From Minisyncoccota bacterium (lineage in GTDB: Bacteria > Patescibacteriota > Minisyncoccia > Phycocordibacterales > UBA9973), in the NCBI GenBank assembly GCA_031413715.1, contig JANOFO010000003.1:11047-75046 (forward strand): a DNA stretch of 64,000 bases, in the 5' to 3' direction. This document shows, piece after piece, positions 48,678 through 57,931 of the stretch (positions are counted from its first letter, which is position 1; the number at the start of each line of letters is the position of its first letter). The translations under genes were made by a program, and so were the position numbers. The notes beneath the pieces were generated by a model. The model was not told the DNA's origin and did not search any database. It worked only from the letters and a program-made list of their open reading frames with translations.

Positions 48678-49109
48678 CTACTTTATCGCATCGTAGTAAT
48701 TCTTGCCAGTTTTGTATGATTCAATAGCAAGACCTGTCTGTATAAATACAGGATCAGGTAACTTACCAAGATCATACCATCCCCAATCTTCAAGTTTTTC
48801 AGGTTCGAGTACCTGCGGTTCTCCGCTTTCCCAATCAGCAAGTAAGACTATATTTACATAATGCTTTGGAGCATAGTGAAAAATATTTCCTACATGCAAG
48901 AATCGAATATTTTTAATCTGAATTCCTGTTTCCTCTAATGTTTCACGTCGAGCACAATCTTCAAATGACTCCATGTACTCTAGATGTCCACCTGGAAATG
49001 CATATTCACCTATGCCATGGGAACTTTTCCGCTTACCCATCAAGACCTTGCCATCTTTCAAGATCATGATCCCCATACCAACTCTTGGTCTTTGATTTTC
49101 TGTATCCAT
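48678..49109 (-). CDS. Nudix hydrolase (MutT/NUDT15-like)
   Basis: RPRVG, FPGGHLE...CARRETLEETG, EPEK...WGW. Confidence 0.9.
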   Translation of the reverse strand: MDTENQRPRVGMGIMILKDGKVLMGKRKSSHGIGEYAFPGGHLEYMESFEDCARRETLEETGIQIKNIRFLHVGNIFHYAPKHYVNIVLLADWESGEPQVLEPEKLEDWGWYDLGKLPDPVFIQTGLAIESYKTGKNYYDAIK

Positions 49110-49110
49110 A

Positions 49111-49518
49111 TTATTTTAAAAACTTATTTAGAATTATTTTTACATCATTCAAATCTTTATACTCTTCTACTTGGAATGCACTGTTGCCACTCACCATAGC
49201 AGAAAGTGATTTATCTGGGACATGTCTGTAGAGACAGAGTACTTTTTTATGTAGATTCTCGGCAATCCCGAGCTCATAGCCTACGCCAAGCGATGGAGTC
49301 GTAACTTCGGCCACTATCATGTCGGAATTTTTGAGCCATTTCATATCTCTATTGTATATAAACTCTGCAGCCTTTTGTTCCCCTTTTTCAGATATGCTAG
49401 CATCACCAATATGCTCAGTCAGAATTTCTCCGTAACTTTTCAATATCTCTATAATCTGAACATACAACTCTCTATCATCTCGCCCTCCCCGTATTGAACC
49501 TGCAAAGTATATTTTCAT
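49111..49518 (-). CDS. Nucleoside 2-deoxyribosyltransferase family / DNPH1-like dNMP N-glycosidase
   Basis: IYFAGSIRGGR, IYNRDMKWL, EVTTPSLGVGYELG, LSAMVSG. Confidence 0.88.
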   Translation of the reverse strand: MKIYFAGSIRGGRDDRELYVQIIEILKSYGEILTEHIGDASISEKGEQKAAEFIYNRDMKWLKNSDMIVAEVTTPSLGVGYELGIAENLHKKVLCLYRHVPDKSLSAMVSGNSAFQVEEYKDLNDVKIILNKFLK

Positions 49519-49523
49519 AATTA

Positions 49524-50087
49524 CTATTCTAAATTAAATTTGTTTAAAAATAAATCGATCTCCTTATGGAAAGCTTCCAAGTCAGAATTATTCAGAATAG
49601 AATAATCTGCAAGTTTCAGACATTCAAAAACTCGCGGTAAATTTGGCAGAGAATTCTCAGTTTTTTCATTTTGAATAAATTCTTCTAATGTTGTTGCTTC
49701 TCCTAATTTATTGCGATTTACGCTTCTTTCAAATCGAACTTTTGTATCAGCTTCAATTACAAGCAATGCAAGGTTTGAATTCGCACGCATATATTCTATT
49801 GTGCCCAAAATTCGCATGCCAGTTATTATCCCTCTATCACCAGTGATTCTATTTAGAGCAAGTCTGGCAAAATGATCAGGACCCTTTTCCTTAACAAGAC
49901 TATTGCCTATCTTGATGAGATTTTCTCTCGTTGGTTCGATATTGTCTTCCTTTGCTAGATCTCTCAATATCTCGCTTATTGGGGAAGAAGGTATTTTTAA
50001 TTTTTTCGAAATATATTCTGCTGCCGTATCTTTACCAGAACTAATAGTACCAATAATACCAATTATAGTTTTTCTTCCTTGGTTCAT
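49524..50087 (-). CDS. P-loop nucleotide kinase-like protein
   Basis: IIGIIGTISSGKDT, LADYSILNN. Confidence 0.75.
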   Translation of the reverse strand: MNQGRKTIIGIIGTISSGKDTAAEYISKKLKIPSSPISEILRDLAKEDNIEPTRENLIKIGNSLVKEKGPDHFARLALNRITGDRGIITGMRILGTIEYMRANSNLALLVIEADTKVRFERSVNRNKLGEATTLEEFIQNEKTENSLPNLPRVFECLKLADYSILNNSDLEAFHKEIDLFLNKFNLE

Positions 50088-50088
50088 A

Positions 50089-50550
50089 TCATTTCGTTCC
50101 TAACTCTTTTAAAGCTTCGGTTGCGAGGTGCAAAACATTAGGACGAAGGTTCATATTGTTAAGCTCCTCCTTGCTGACCCAACGTGTTTCAGTAAGCTCG
50201 TGCTCGCTTTCCGAATTTAAAACCTTATCGGAATCCGTTGTAGCAAAATATACAAGAACAATATGTTCGTGTGTTTCATTTACCAAATGTTTTCCTAAGT
50301 ATCGAGGAGACGGCAGATAAGAATAATCGTCGTCATCAAAAATAGGAACTTCGCTTTGTATCTTAATATCTAATCCGACCTCTTCTTTCACTTCACGATA
50401 CGCTGCCTCGATGGGATCCTCATCAAGTTCTATATGCCCGCCAACAGAAAGCCAAATTTTATACTTGTCATGCATCCGAAGAAGCACCTTGTCCTTGTAA
50501 ACAATGAATACTTCTACTGTATAGTCGACTTTTTCGTGAAGGTGGGGCAT
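50089..50550 (-). CDS. Nudix hydrolase
   Basis: WLSVGGHIELDEDPIEAAYREVKEEVGL. Confidence 0.9.
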   Translation of the reverse strand: MPHLHEKVDYTVEVFIVYKDKVLLRMHDKYKIWLSVGGHIELDEDPIEAAYREVKEEVGLDIKIQSEVPIFDDDDYSYLPSPRYLGKHLVNETHEHIVLVYFATTDSDKVLNSESEHELTETRWVSKEELNNMNLRPNVLHLATEALKELGTK

Positions 50551-50551
50551 G

Positions 50552-50953
50552 TTAATTAATCATACCAATAATCTCGCTAATATACTTATCTAAATTCTCT
50601 AGTGTTTTTAATTCTTCAGCCAAGAACCACTCATATTTATCATGCTCATCGCTAAGCTTTACTTTCCCTTTAGCCTGTCCTACATATGTAAGCCGGACGA
50701 CATGCTTATCTTCCTTTAATATATCTTGAGCAGAGAGGAGCTTTGGTTCCCCAACAAGTTCAAGCCCTGTTTCTTCAAGAACTTCTCTTTTAAGATTCTC
50801 TAAAAGAGAGACTCCTATATCTATTCGTCCTCCTGGAATATCCCAGATATCACGATCTTTTATTTCCGGATATTTCTCTTTAGAACGCTGAAGCAGGAGA
50901 TAGTTCCCTTCTTCATTTCTCAATAAAATTTTTACGCCAACTTGGAGATTCAT
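50552..50953 (-). CDS. Nudix hydrolase
   Basis: WDIPGGRI...LKREVLEETGL, LSDEH..YEW. Confidence 0.9.
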   Translation of the reverse strand: MNLQVGVKILLRNEEGNYLLLQRSKEKYPEIKDRDIWDIPGGRIDIGVSLLENLKREVLEETGLELVGEPKLLSAQDILKEDKHVVRLTYVGQAKGKVKLSDEHDKYEWFLAEELKTLENLDKYISEIIGMIN

Positions 50954-51003
50954 ATAAATAGAATATAACAAAAACAACATCAGAAATCCACCAGATCCAA
51001 AAG

Positions 51004-51037
51004 TGACACAAATTAGGCCATGGCGTAATTTGTGTCA
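51004..51037. repeat. 34-bp palindrome, left copy
   Basis: TGACACAAATTAG-GCCATGGC-GTAATTTGTGTCA (one mismatched pair). Confidence 0.9.
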
Positions 51038-51065
51038 GTGTTGCTACAATGATAGAATAAGTTAT

Positions 51066-51545
51066 ATGTCTATAGTTGGGGAAATTTTGAAAGAATTGTG
51101 GGAAACTGAACATACCTATAAAGGTACTAAGGTAAACATCTTCGGTATCCCTCGTTTTAAAAAGTACTCCAAACGAACTTTGCGCTCTACTATCGACAGG
51201 CTTGCCAAAAAAGAAATAATTCAAAAAGAGATAGCTGGCATCGTCCTTTCAAAAAATGGTAGGCGTTATGTCAAAAGGAAGATGGACTCGCTTCACTCAT
51301 TTGAAAAACCTGACTATGCTTCTCTGTCAAAGAATCTCGTCGTTATGTTTGATATTCCTACGGAAAGAAAAGCGGAGCGAGAATGGCTGCGTTTCCATTT
51401 AAAAAAGTTTGGTTACATTATGATACAAAAAAGTGTGTGGGTTGGGCCTTCTCCTCTACCGAAAGAATTTAAAGATTATATTAAGAGCATTAAACTTCAT
51501 AATTGCATAAAAACATTTAAGCTGGCTAAACCATACAAAACATAA
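51066..51545 (+). CDS. PaaX-like protein: winged helix plus Cas2/VapD-like ferredoxin-fold domain
   Basis: TLRSTIDRLAKKEII...LSKNG (wHTH); LVVMFDIPTERKAEREWLRFHLKKFGYIMIQKSVWV. Confidence 0.8.
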   Translation: MSIVGEILKELWETEHTYKGTKVNIFGIPRFKKYSKRTLRSTIDRLAKKEIIQKEIAGIVLSKNGRRYVKRKMDSLHSFEKPDYASLSKNLVVMFDIPTERKAEREWLRFHLKKFGYIMIQKSVWVGPSPLPKEFKDYIKSIKLHNCIKTFKLAKPYKT

Positions 51546-51565
51546 TTATATAAGTAAAATCATGG

Positions 51566-51599
51566 TGACACATTTTCTGCCATGGCAGAAAATGTGTCA
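51566..51599. repeat. 34-bp palindrome, right copy
   Basis: TGACACATTTTCT-GCCATGGC-AGAAAATGTGTCA (perfect). Confidence 0.9.
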
Positions 51600-51643
51600 A
51601 ACGTAAAAGTTATAATATATAGTAGATGCTTAATCTAAAATAT

Positions 51644-52222
51644 TTATAGATATTCTATTAATTGCTCATAGACTTCTGGTCTGTTCACTCGCAATGTTTC
51701 CCCTGTTTTGGTTGGAAGCTTAGCCATAGAAAGACCATATTGGTTGGCAAATGCAATAATTTTGTCCTCGGCAGCTTTGATCTCTGATTCATCGTTAACC
51801 AAAAGTTCTATTTCGCACGCTTTGAGTCCTGTTTCTATCTCGTCAATATCAATTAAAAATCCTTCTTTCTTATACTTCGTACGGTGAGTAGTAAAGCTTA
51901 CAAGTTCTTCTAAATTTTTCTTTACTTCAGTTTCTAAATAACTATCTGTATCAAATCCTAGTTTCTCGAGAATTTCTTTCTCATTTGTAATTTCTATAGC
52001 ATGCTTAGCTTTTTCGTTAGTGTCAGTTCCTATCTGAATCTTGAGTTCATAACTGCCATCTCGTTTACGCAATTTTATTTTCGCTTCACTTTTAAAATAA
52101 TCAAATGTGGGAGTATCGTAATAAATATCTCGAATTGATTTGTCTTCAACAAATTCTGCTCCTTCAAGCAAAGCTTTGAGCTGTTCATATGTTGGTTGAA
52201 ATTTCTTTTCTATCTCAATCAT
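51644..52222 (-). CDS. CYTH domain protein
   Basis: EIEKKF, DIYYD, LRKR...ELK, RTKY...IDIDE...CEIEL. Confidence 0.88.
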   Translation of the reverse strand: MIEIEKKFQPTYEQLKALLEGAEFVEDKSIRDIYYDTPTFDYFKSEAKIKLRKRDGSYELKIQIGTDTNEKAKHAIEITNEKEILEKLGFDTDSYLETEVKKNLEELVSFTTHRTKYKKEGFLIDIDEIETGLKACEIELLVNDESEIKAAEDKIIAFANQYGLSMAKLPTKTGETLRVNRPEVYEQLIEYL

Positions 52223-53475
52223 ACAAAACTCTTTGGTATCGGGTGCTTATGGGCTAGGGCTTTTACTTTCTCTTTTATTTCGGCTTTTTTGTCTGCATTA
52301 TCTTTGTTCTTGAGGGTCTCAATAAGGAGCTTGGCAACTTCGGCACAATCTTCTTCTTTGAATCCACGAGTAGTGATGGCTGGCGTGCCGAAACGAATAC
52401 CGGATGGATCAAGTGGCTTACGGGTATCATTTGCGATCGAGTTCATATTAAGGGTAATACCAACTTCATCAAGTACCGTCTGAGCTTCCTTTCCTGTAAC
52501 CCCAAGGGAGCCAAATACATCAGCAAGGATGAGGTGGTTATCTGTTCCCCCGCCGATCATGCGGACACCTTCATCTTTCAGAACTTTCTCCATTGCTTTG
52601 GCATTTTTTAATATCTGAGCTGCATATACTTTAAATTCTGGTCGGAGAGCTTCACCGAAGGCGATAGCTTTCGCAGCAATCGTGTGCATATGCGGGCCGC
52701 CTTGAATGCCTGGAAAGATAGATTTATCTATCTTTTTTGCGATCTCTTCATTCTCTCTAGTGAGGATCATACCACCACGCGGACCGCGAAGAGTTTTATG
52801 AGTAGTGGTTGTGATGATATCAAATCCGAAATCAAATGGATTTGGCAAAACTTTTGCAGCTATGAGTCCTGCGATGTGCGCCATATCAGCCATTGTGATC
52901 GCACCGACTTCTTTTGCAATGTCAACAAACTTCTGATAATTAAGATTGCGGGAATAAGCAGAGAATCCGGCAAGAATTATTTTAGGTTTCTTCTCGATTG
53001 CTACCTGGCGAAGGGCTTCATAGTCGATCTCGCCTGTCTCCGGATCTTTCATCTTGTAAGTCACGAAATTATAGATCTTTGCAGGAAGGGTCATCGGGTG
53101 GCCGTGTGTAAGATGCCCGCCATGAGAGAGATCCATGCCGAGCACGGTATCGCCGGGTTCAAGAAGAGCAGAGTAAACAGCAAGGTTGGCAGGGGCGCCG
53201 GAGTGTGGCTGAACATTCGCGAATTTGCAATCAAAAAGCTTGCACGCCCTTTCAATTGCCAATCGCTCGACTTGATCGGTAAATTCCTGCCCTCCGTAAT
53301 AACGACGTCCAGGATAGCCTTCAGAGTATTTGTTGGTAAGAACTGAGCCGTTGGCTTCCCGAACCGCCATAGAGACATAATTCTCGGAAGGTATTAGCTC
53401 AAGACCATCTTCTTCCCGTAATGTTTCCCCTTCTATCGCTTGTAGTATTTCCTTGTCTTGTTCTTCTATATACAT
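52219..53475 (-). CDS. glyA: Serine hydroxymethyltransferase
   Basis: ELIPSEN, NKYSEGYPGRRYYGG, GGHLTHG, TTTTHKTLRGPRGG; start probably ATG 53475 (alternative 53496). Confidence 0.98.
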   Translation of the reverse strand: MYIEEQDKEILQAIEGETLREEDGLELIPSENYVSMAVREANGSVLTNKYSEGYPGRRYYGGQEFTDQVERLAIERACKLFDCKFANVQPHSGAPANLAVYSALLEPGDTVLGMDLSHGGHLTHGHPMTLPAKIYNFVTYKMKDPETGEIDYEALRQVAIEKKPKIILAGFSAYSRNLNYQKFVDIAKEVGAITMADMAHIAGLIAAKVLPNPFDFGFDIITTTTHKTLRGPRGGMILTRENEEIAKKIDKSIFPGIQGGPHMHTIAAKAIAFGEALRPEFKVYAAQILKNAKAMEKVLKDEGVRMIGGGTDNHLILADVFGSLGVTGKEAQTVLDEVGITLNMNSIANDTRKPLDPSGIRFGTPAITTRGFKEEDCAEVAKLLIETLKNKDNADKKAEIKEKVKALAHKHPIPKSFV

Positions 53476-53553
53476 CCCGATAGTGAAAAATGGCATTATG
53501 TGTTGGCCGTTTTCAATTTTAATTAAGTAATAGTATAAAGCTAGGTTTTAAAA

Positions 53554-53613
53554 CTAACTCCAGTGGTATCCCCGCACATGATAGGCTATGCCATTTTCTA
53601 CTACGGGATACAT
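53554..53613 (-). other. Putative leaderless uORF MYPVVENGIAYHVRGYHWS in the structured glyA leader
   Basis: ATG lies 6 nt after extended -10 TGCTAAAAT; overlaps a sequence complementary to the glyA start region. Confidence 0.5.
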
Positions 53614-53664
53614 ACACCGATTTTAGCATGTTGAACAAGAAATCAAAAACTGTATAATGAGACT

Positions 53665-55020
53665 ATGCAATCTGGTAATATTGAAGAGCTCAAACACACA
53701 AAAGTGTCAATCAATGGCGGAGGAGTGGTCATCATCCTAGATACTGGATCAGTGATAGGACCTGAATCTTCGGCGATGCTACAAGCTCTTCACTCAAGAT
53801 CAACAAGTGGGCTTGAAGGTCATCTTGAAATTCTAGCTAAAAGAGGTTCTGAGAATTTCATGAAGAATTTCTATGTCGGATACGGACACAAATCTATCGG
53901 TGACTGTGGTACTGCATCTATTTTTATCGAAGGAGTATCTCTGCTTGTTGCAAAAGCTATACAAGACTGGCCTCTATATTCCGGACAAGAATCTTCTACA
54001 AGATATGTGGATTTCAGAGTACAACCTTTCAAAAATCCCATGGGTTTTGATGAGGGAAATAAAATACTAGAAACTTGGAGACAATTTTACATAGATTCAT
54101 TTGATAAGACGGTGGAATATTTAAAAACTCAATTCCCGATCGGCGAAGGAGAATCAGAATCTATTTATATAAAAGCAATAAATGCTCGGGCTTTTGATAC
54201 CTTACGTGGATTCCTACCAGCAGGTGCAGTTACAAACCTCGCTTGGTCTACCAACCTACGCCAAGCGGCGGATAAATTACTTGTTCTGCGACATCATCCA
54301 CTTTTGGAAGTCCGAGAAACAGCCGAAGCAATAGAGAAAGCTTTGATTGGAGCATACCCAAATTCGTTCGGCCACAAGAGATACGAAGCCACAGAAGAAT
54401 ACAATAAATATTGTATGGAGAATGATTACTATTATCACAATCCTAAATGTCCAGATTTCGAGATGACTTCAAATTCTATTGATGTAAAACTTCTACCGAG
54501 AGAAACACTCGAAAAACGTCCAGCAAAAACAGAACTGCCAAAACATTTGGGCGAATCTGGCACTATCCAATTTGAATTCCTACTTGATTTCGGATCATTC
54601 CGAGATATACAGAGACATCGTGCCATAATCCAGCGAATGCCATTACTGACAACAGAGCTCGGATTTGAAGAATGGTATATATATGAACTTCCAGAATCTA
54701 TACGAGAAAAAGCAAAAGCACTTTTAAAATCACAGGAGGAGAAAATTGCGTCACTCTCTATTTCGAAAGAAGAGAAGCAATATTATATAGCAATGGGTTA
54801 CAAAATTTCTAATCGCATAACCGGTAATCTACCTTCACTAGTATATTTGGCAGAGCTCCGCGCAACACGATTCGTCCACCCTACTCTTCGCAAGAGAGCG
54901 AAACAACTTGCAGACAAATTATCGGAGATATTTGGGAAGGATGGCTTGATAATTCACTTAGACGAAGAACCCGACCGATTTGACATAAAGCGTGGTGAGC
55001 ACGATATTGTGCTAAAATAA
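53665..55020 (+). CDS. thyX: FAD-dependent thymidylate synthase, long two-domain type
   Basis: GYGHKSI, QESSTRYV, RGFLPAG...NLR, second-domain DFGSFRDIQRHR. Confidence 0.88.
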   Translation: MQSGNIEELKHTKVSINGGGVVIILDTGSVIGPESSAMLQALHSRSTSGLEGHLEILAKRGSENFMKNFYVGYGHKSIGDCGTASIFIEGVSLLVAKAIQDWPLYSGQESSTRYVDFRVQPFKNPMGFDEGNKILETWRQFYIDSFDKTVEYLKTQFPIGEGESESIYIKAINARAFDTLRGFLPAGAVTNLAWSTNLRQAADKLLVLRHHPLLEVRETAEAIEKALIGAYPNSFGHKRYEATEEYNKYCMENDYYYHNPKCPDFEMTSNSIDVKLLPRETLEKRPAKTELPKHLGESGTIQFEFLLDFGSFRDIQRHRAIIQRMPLLTTELGFEEWYIYELPESIREKAKALLKSQEEKIASLSISKEEKQYYIAMGYKISNRITGNLPSLVYLAELRATRFVHPTLRKRAKQLADKLSEIFGKDGLIIHLDEEPDRFDIKRGEHDIVLK

Positions 55021-55024
55021 TACT

Positions 55025-55561
55025 ATGATTCTCTCTGATACGAAGATACTTGAGCATGTAGAAAAGGGCGATATAGTTATAACGCCATTTGATGTCGCCA
55101 ACATGGGTGGCAATTCGTATGATGTGCATTTGAGTAAATATTTTGCTCAATATATTGATAGTGAAATTGACGCAAAAAAGCATAATCAAATAAAACATTT
55201 TGAAATACGAGAAGAAGGATTCGTACTCATGCCCGGTGAGCTATACCTTGCCTCTACCCTAGAATACACAGAGTCGCATATCCACGTGCCATTCCTAGAA
55301 GGAAAATCTTCTACTGGCAGACTTGGCGTAGATATACATGCGACAGCAGGCAAAGGCGATGTCGGGTTCTGCGGATATTGGACTCTTGAAATCTCAACAT
55401 CAAAACCGGTGCGCATTTATCCTGGTATGCCGATTGGACAGCTCATTTACTATGTCGTAGAAGGTCCAGTCGAGCGTCTCTATCATAAAAAAGCGACAGC
55501 CAAGTATTCTCATCAAGAGAACTTACCAAAGGAGTCAATGATGTGGAAAAATTTTAAATAA
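55025..55561 (+). CDS. dcd: dCTP deaminase
   Basis: MILSD, SYDVHL, EGKSSTGRLG, GDVGFCGYWTLEI, PGMPIGQL. Confidence 0.95.
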   Translation: MILSDTKILEHVEKGDIVITPFDVANMGGNSYDVHLSKYFAQYIDSEIDAKKHNQIKHFEIREEGFVLMPGELYLASTLEYTESHIHVPFLEGKSSTGRLGVDIHATAGKGDVGFCGYWTLEISTSKPVRIYPGMPIGQLIYYVVEGPVERLYHKKATAKYSHQENLPKESMMWKNFK

Positions 55562-55562
55562 G

Positions 55563-55598
55563 AAATGGCTGGTTCCTTAATAAAGGAACCAGCCATTT
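55563..55598. terminator. Bidirectional terminator
   Basis: AAATGGCTGGTTCCTT-AATA-AAGGAACCAGCCATTT. Confidence 0.85.
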
Positions 55599-55616
55599 GA
55601 ATAAAATGAAAAATTC

Positions 55617-56438
55617 TTAAAGAGCTTTAATCACTGACGACAGGTAACTACCAAGCTGTCCCGAGAATTGCTTGGCCTTTTTTATATTATCTTCATGCGA
55701 ATGAATTCCAACAGCGTCGTTTGTAATAAACGCAAGTGAGAGAACTCTCGTTTTGTAGAGGGCTGCAACAGCAACTTCTGGTATTGTACTCATGCCTACT
55801 GCTTTGGCACCTGTATATGATAAGGCTAATTTGTCATATTTGCGACCTTCGAAGTTAGGGCCGAGCACCATAACATAGCCACCGGTGACAATCTTTCCGT
55901 TATACGCTTTCCGATTTTGGAGAGCGAGTTTCATTAGATCCTTGGACAATACATCGTCCGGTGAAGCGAATTCACTCACCCATAGAGGAAGTGGTACGTA
56001 CAGACTGACAAAGCCATCAATAACAACTAGGCACCCAGGCTCCAGTTTACTCTTTGGTAGTGCTCCTGCTGCACAGGTTGTAATCAACGTCTTAACACCT
56101 AATTTCATTAAAATTTCAGTTTGCAACCTAACCATCAAATAAATTGCTAGGCTACAAGGCTCTTCGTTCAGATGGATCCGTCCCTGTAGAACAATCACTT
56201 CTTTTCCTGCAACAGTACCATGGACAAACCTTCTGTTGTGGCCCTCTAACTTTCCCAATCTTGAAAAGCCAGGAACCTTTTCAAAGTTGATATACTGTGG
56301 ATTTTCAATCTTCAACTTATCCCCCCAACCTGTTCCCAAAATGATGCCAAGCCGAATGGGTTTTTTAATTTTAAATTTTTTACGTAAAAAATCAGCAGCT
56401 TTTGTCGCGGCAATTTCGCGGTTTCTATTTCTTTTCAT
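55617..56438 (-). CDS. Purine nucleoside phosphorylase
   Basis: GIILGTGWG, GH, QGRIHLNE, TCAAGAL, GPNFE, AVGMSTIPE, ITN...HSHE. Confidence 0.9.
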   Translation of the reverse strand: MKRNRNREIAATKAADFLRKKFKIKKPIRLGIILGTGWGDKLKIENPQYINFEKVPGFSRLGKLEGHNRRFVHGTVAGKEVIVLQGRIHLNEEPCSLAIYLMVRLQTEILMKLGVKTLITTCAAGALPKSKLEPGCLVVIDGFVSLYVPLPLWVSEFASPDDVLSKDLMKLALQNRKAYNGKIVTGGYVMVLGPNFEGRKYDKLALSYTGAKAVGMSTIPEVAVAALYKTRVLSLAFITNDAVGIHSHEDNIKKAKQFSGQLGSYLSSVIKAL

Positions 56439-56544
56439 AGTAGAAATGTTTTAAATGATGAATGATGATTCCCACGAAAATTACCATTTATCTACATAAA
56501 TGTCAAAGAAATGCTTATGAGGAATTCTGAGTTATTTTTATTCT

Positions 56545-57858
56545 TTACATGCCATCAGGTGCGACTTCAAGCCTGATGGACAAGAACTTTTGACTATCTT
56601 TAGAAAGGACTTTGACGTTGATGCTATCACCTACCTTTTTGGCACGAATGATTGACGAGAAATCTTGTTCTTGATCCATCTTCTCTCCATCAACTTCAAG
56701 AATAATATCATTCTCTACAATTCCAGCTTTGTCTGCTGGAGAACCTGGCACAACTGCTATATCTGCGGCTGTCGCGCCTCTCTGCACTAAGATGCCGTAA
56801 TCCACACTAAGATTATTCTTTGCTTTCAATTCGGCAGTCACAGGAAGGTACCTTATGCCAACATATGGCCTGATAATCTTACCTGTGGCTTTGACAGAGG
56901 CAATGGCGCTCTTGACACTATTGATAGGGAGAGCAAAACCGACGTTGGAAGAACCTTGGACCACAGCAACGTTTATACCGATAACGTCGCCTCTCAGATT
57001 TAGAAGTGGTCCACCAGAATTGCCTGGATTTATGGCAGCGTCTGTTTGGATAACTTTATCCAGCCTCTCTGACTGCCCCGCACTGTCCCCTGCTATAACT
57101 GAGCGGGAAAGGCCAGAGACTACCCCGACGGAAACACTATTTTTAAATTCACCGAGTGCATTGCCGATAGCAATAACACTTTGGCCGACTTGTAATGCGT
57201 CGGAGTCTCCTAATTGTAGATATGCTTGGTTTGAGACACCAATTTTTAGAAGTGCGACGTCGAGTACACCATCACGAGCAAGGACTGTAGCGCTATACAT
57301 CTTGCCGTTATTGAGAAGGACATCGTAAGTAGCAGTCTTATCTTCAACAACATGACGATTCGTAACAATCATACCGTCGGAAGATATGAGGAATCCAGAA
57401 CCACTACCGATCTTTTTCTTTTCTGTACCATTTTCTTTGTATATAGGTGTCTGGAAAAATCCAGGGAACATGCCTCCGAATGAATCATTGTTTGAATCAT
57501 AAGAAATATCATATTTAGGAACTATCTTACTAACAACAATGGATACTACTGCAGGTTTAGCTGTTTTGACAGCATTGATAACACTATCCTGCCGCGCCAC
57601 ATCAGAAGATACAGGAGGAATTTGTGTCTGACTGTTCTCTGATGGAGTTGTAGAATCATAGATGAGGTTTGAATCGCTTGATTTTACATCTGTAGTGGAA
57701 TTTATTCCAAGAACTTTAAAAACCTGTGTGCGATACTGCCATGCGATAAAAGTTATAAGAGTAATTGTAACGATCACAGTTGCGAAACTTATAAGAATAG
57801 TTCTAACGATTGGATCTCTAAACATGTCTTTAATTTTTTGTAAATTTGAATCTTTCAT
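56545..57858 (-). CDS. htrA: HtrA/DegP serine protease with PDZ domain
   Basis: GSGSGF, TNRHVV, QTDAAINPGNSGGPL, SPADKAGI. Confidence 0.95.
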   Translation of the reverse strand: MKDSNLQKIKDMFRDPIVRTILISFATVIVTITLITFIAWQYRTQVFKVLGINSTTDVKSSDSNLIYDSTTPSENSQTQIPPVSSDVARQDSVINAVKTAKPAVVSIVVSKIVPKYDISYDSNNDSFGGMFPGFFQTPIYKENGTEKKKIGSGSGFLISSDGMIVTNRHVVEDKTATYDVLLNNGKMYSATVLARDGVLDVALLKIGVSNQAYLQLGDSDALQVGQSVIAIGNALGEFKNSVSVGVVSGLSRSVIAGDSAGQSERLDKVIQTDAAINPGNSGGPLLNLRGDVIGINVAVVQGSSNVGFALPINSVKSAIASVKATGKIIRPYVGIRYLPVTAELKAKNNLSVDYGILVQRGATAADIAVVPGSPADKAGIVENDIILEVDGEKMDQEQDFSSIIRAKKVGDSINVKVLSKDSQKFLSIRLEVAPDGM

Positions 57859-57931
57859 ATTTATAATTTTATAAGAATGAGTATCGTTGTCAACATTTGG
57901 AGTATCTATCTCTGTACTATACTATATATAC

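Noticed and set aside
30185-48735. Extra GCAAGACCT 9-mers at 30185, 34662 and 48727
   Set aside because: All encode Gly-Leu-Ala (GGT CTT GCn) on the coding strand and lack hairpin arms; codon usage explains them
51066-51545. CRISPR-Cas locus suggested by the Cas2-like motif
   Set aside because: No cas1 or other cas gene and no repeat-spacer array in the window; the two palindromes are about 560 bp apart and flank a gene
52684-53346. Long antisense and alternative-frame ORFs in the track (e.g. 52684-53346, 32987-33517, 34730-35227, 174-617)
   Set aside because: They lie opposite well-supported genes, carry no motifs and are typical shadow ORFs
53476-53628. Known ZTP, THF or glycine riboswitch upstream of glyA
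   Set aside because: The conserved cores of these aptamers were not recognisable by eye; an Rfam scan would settle it
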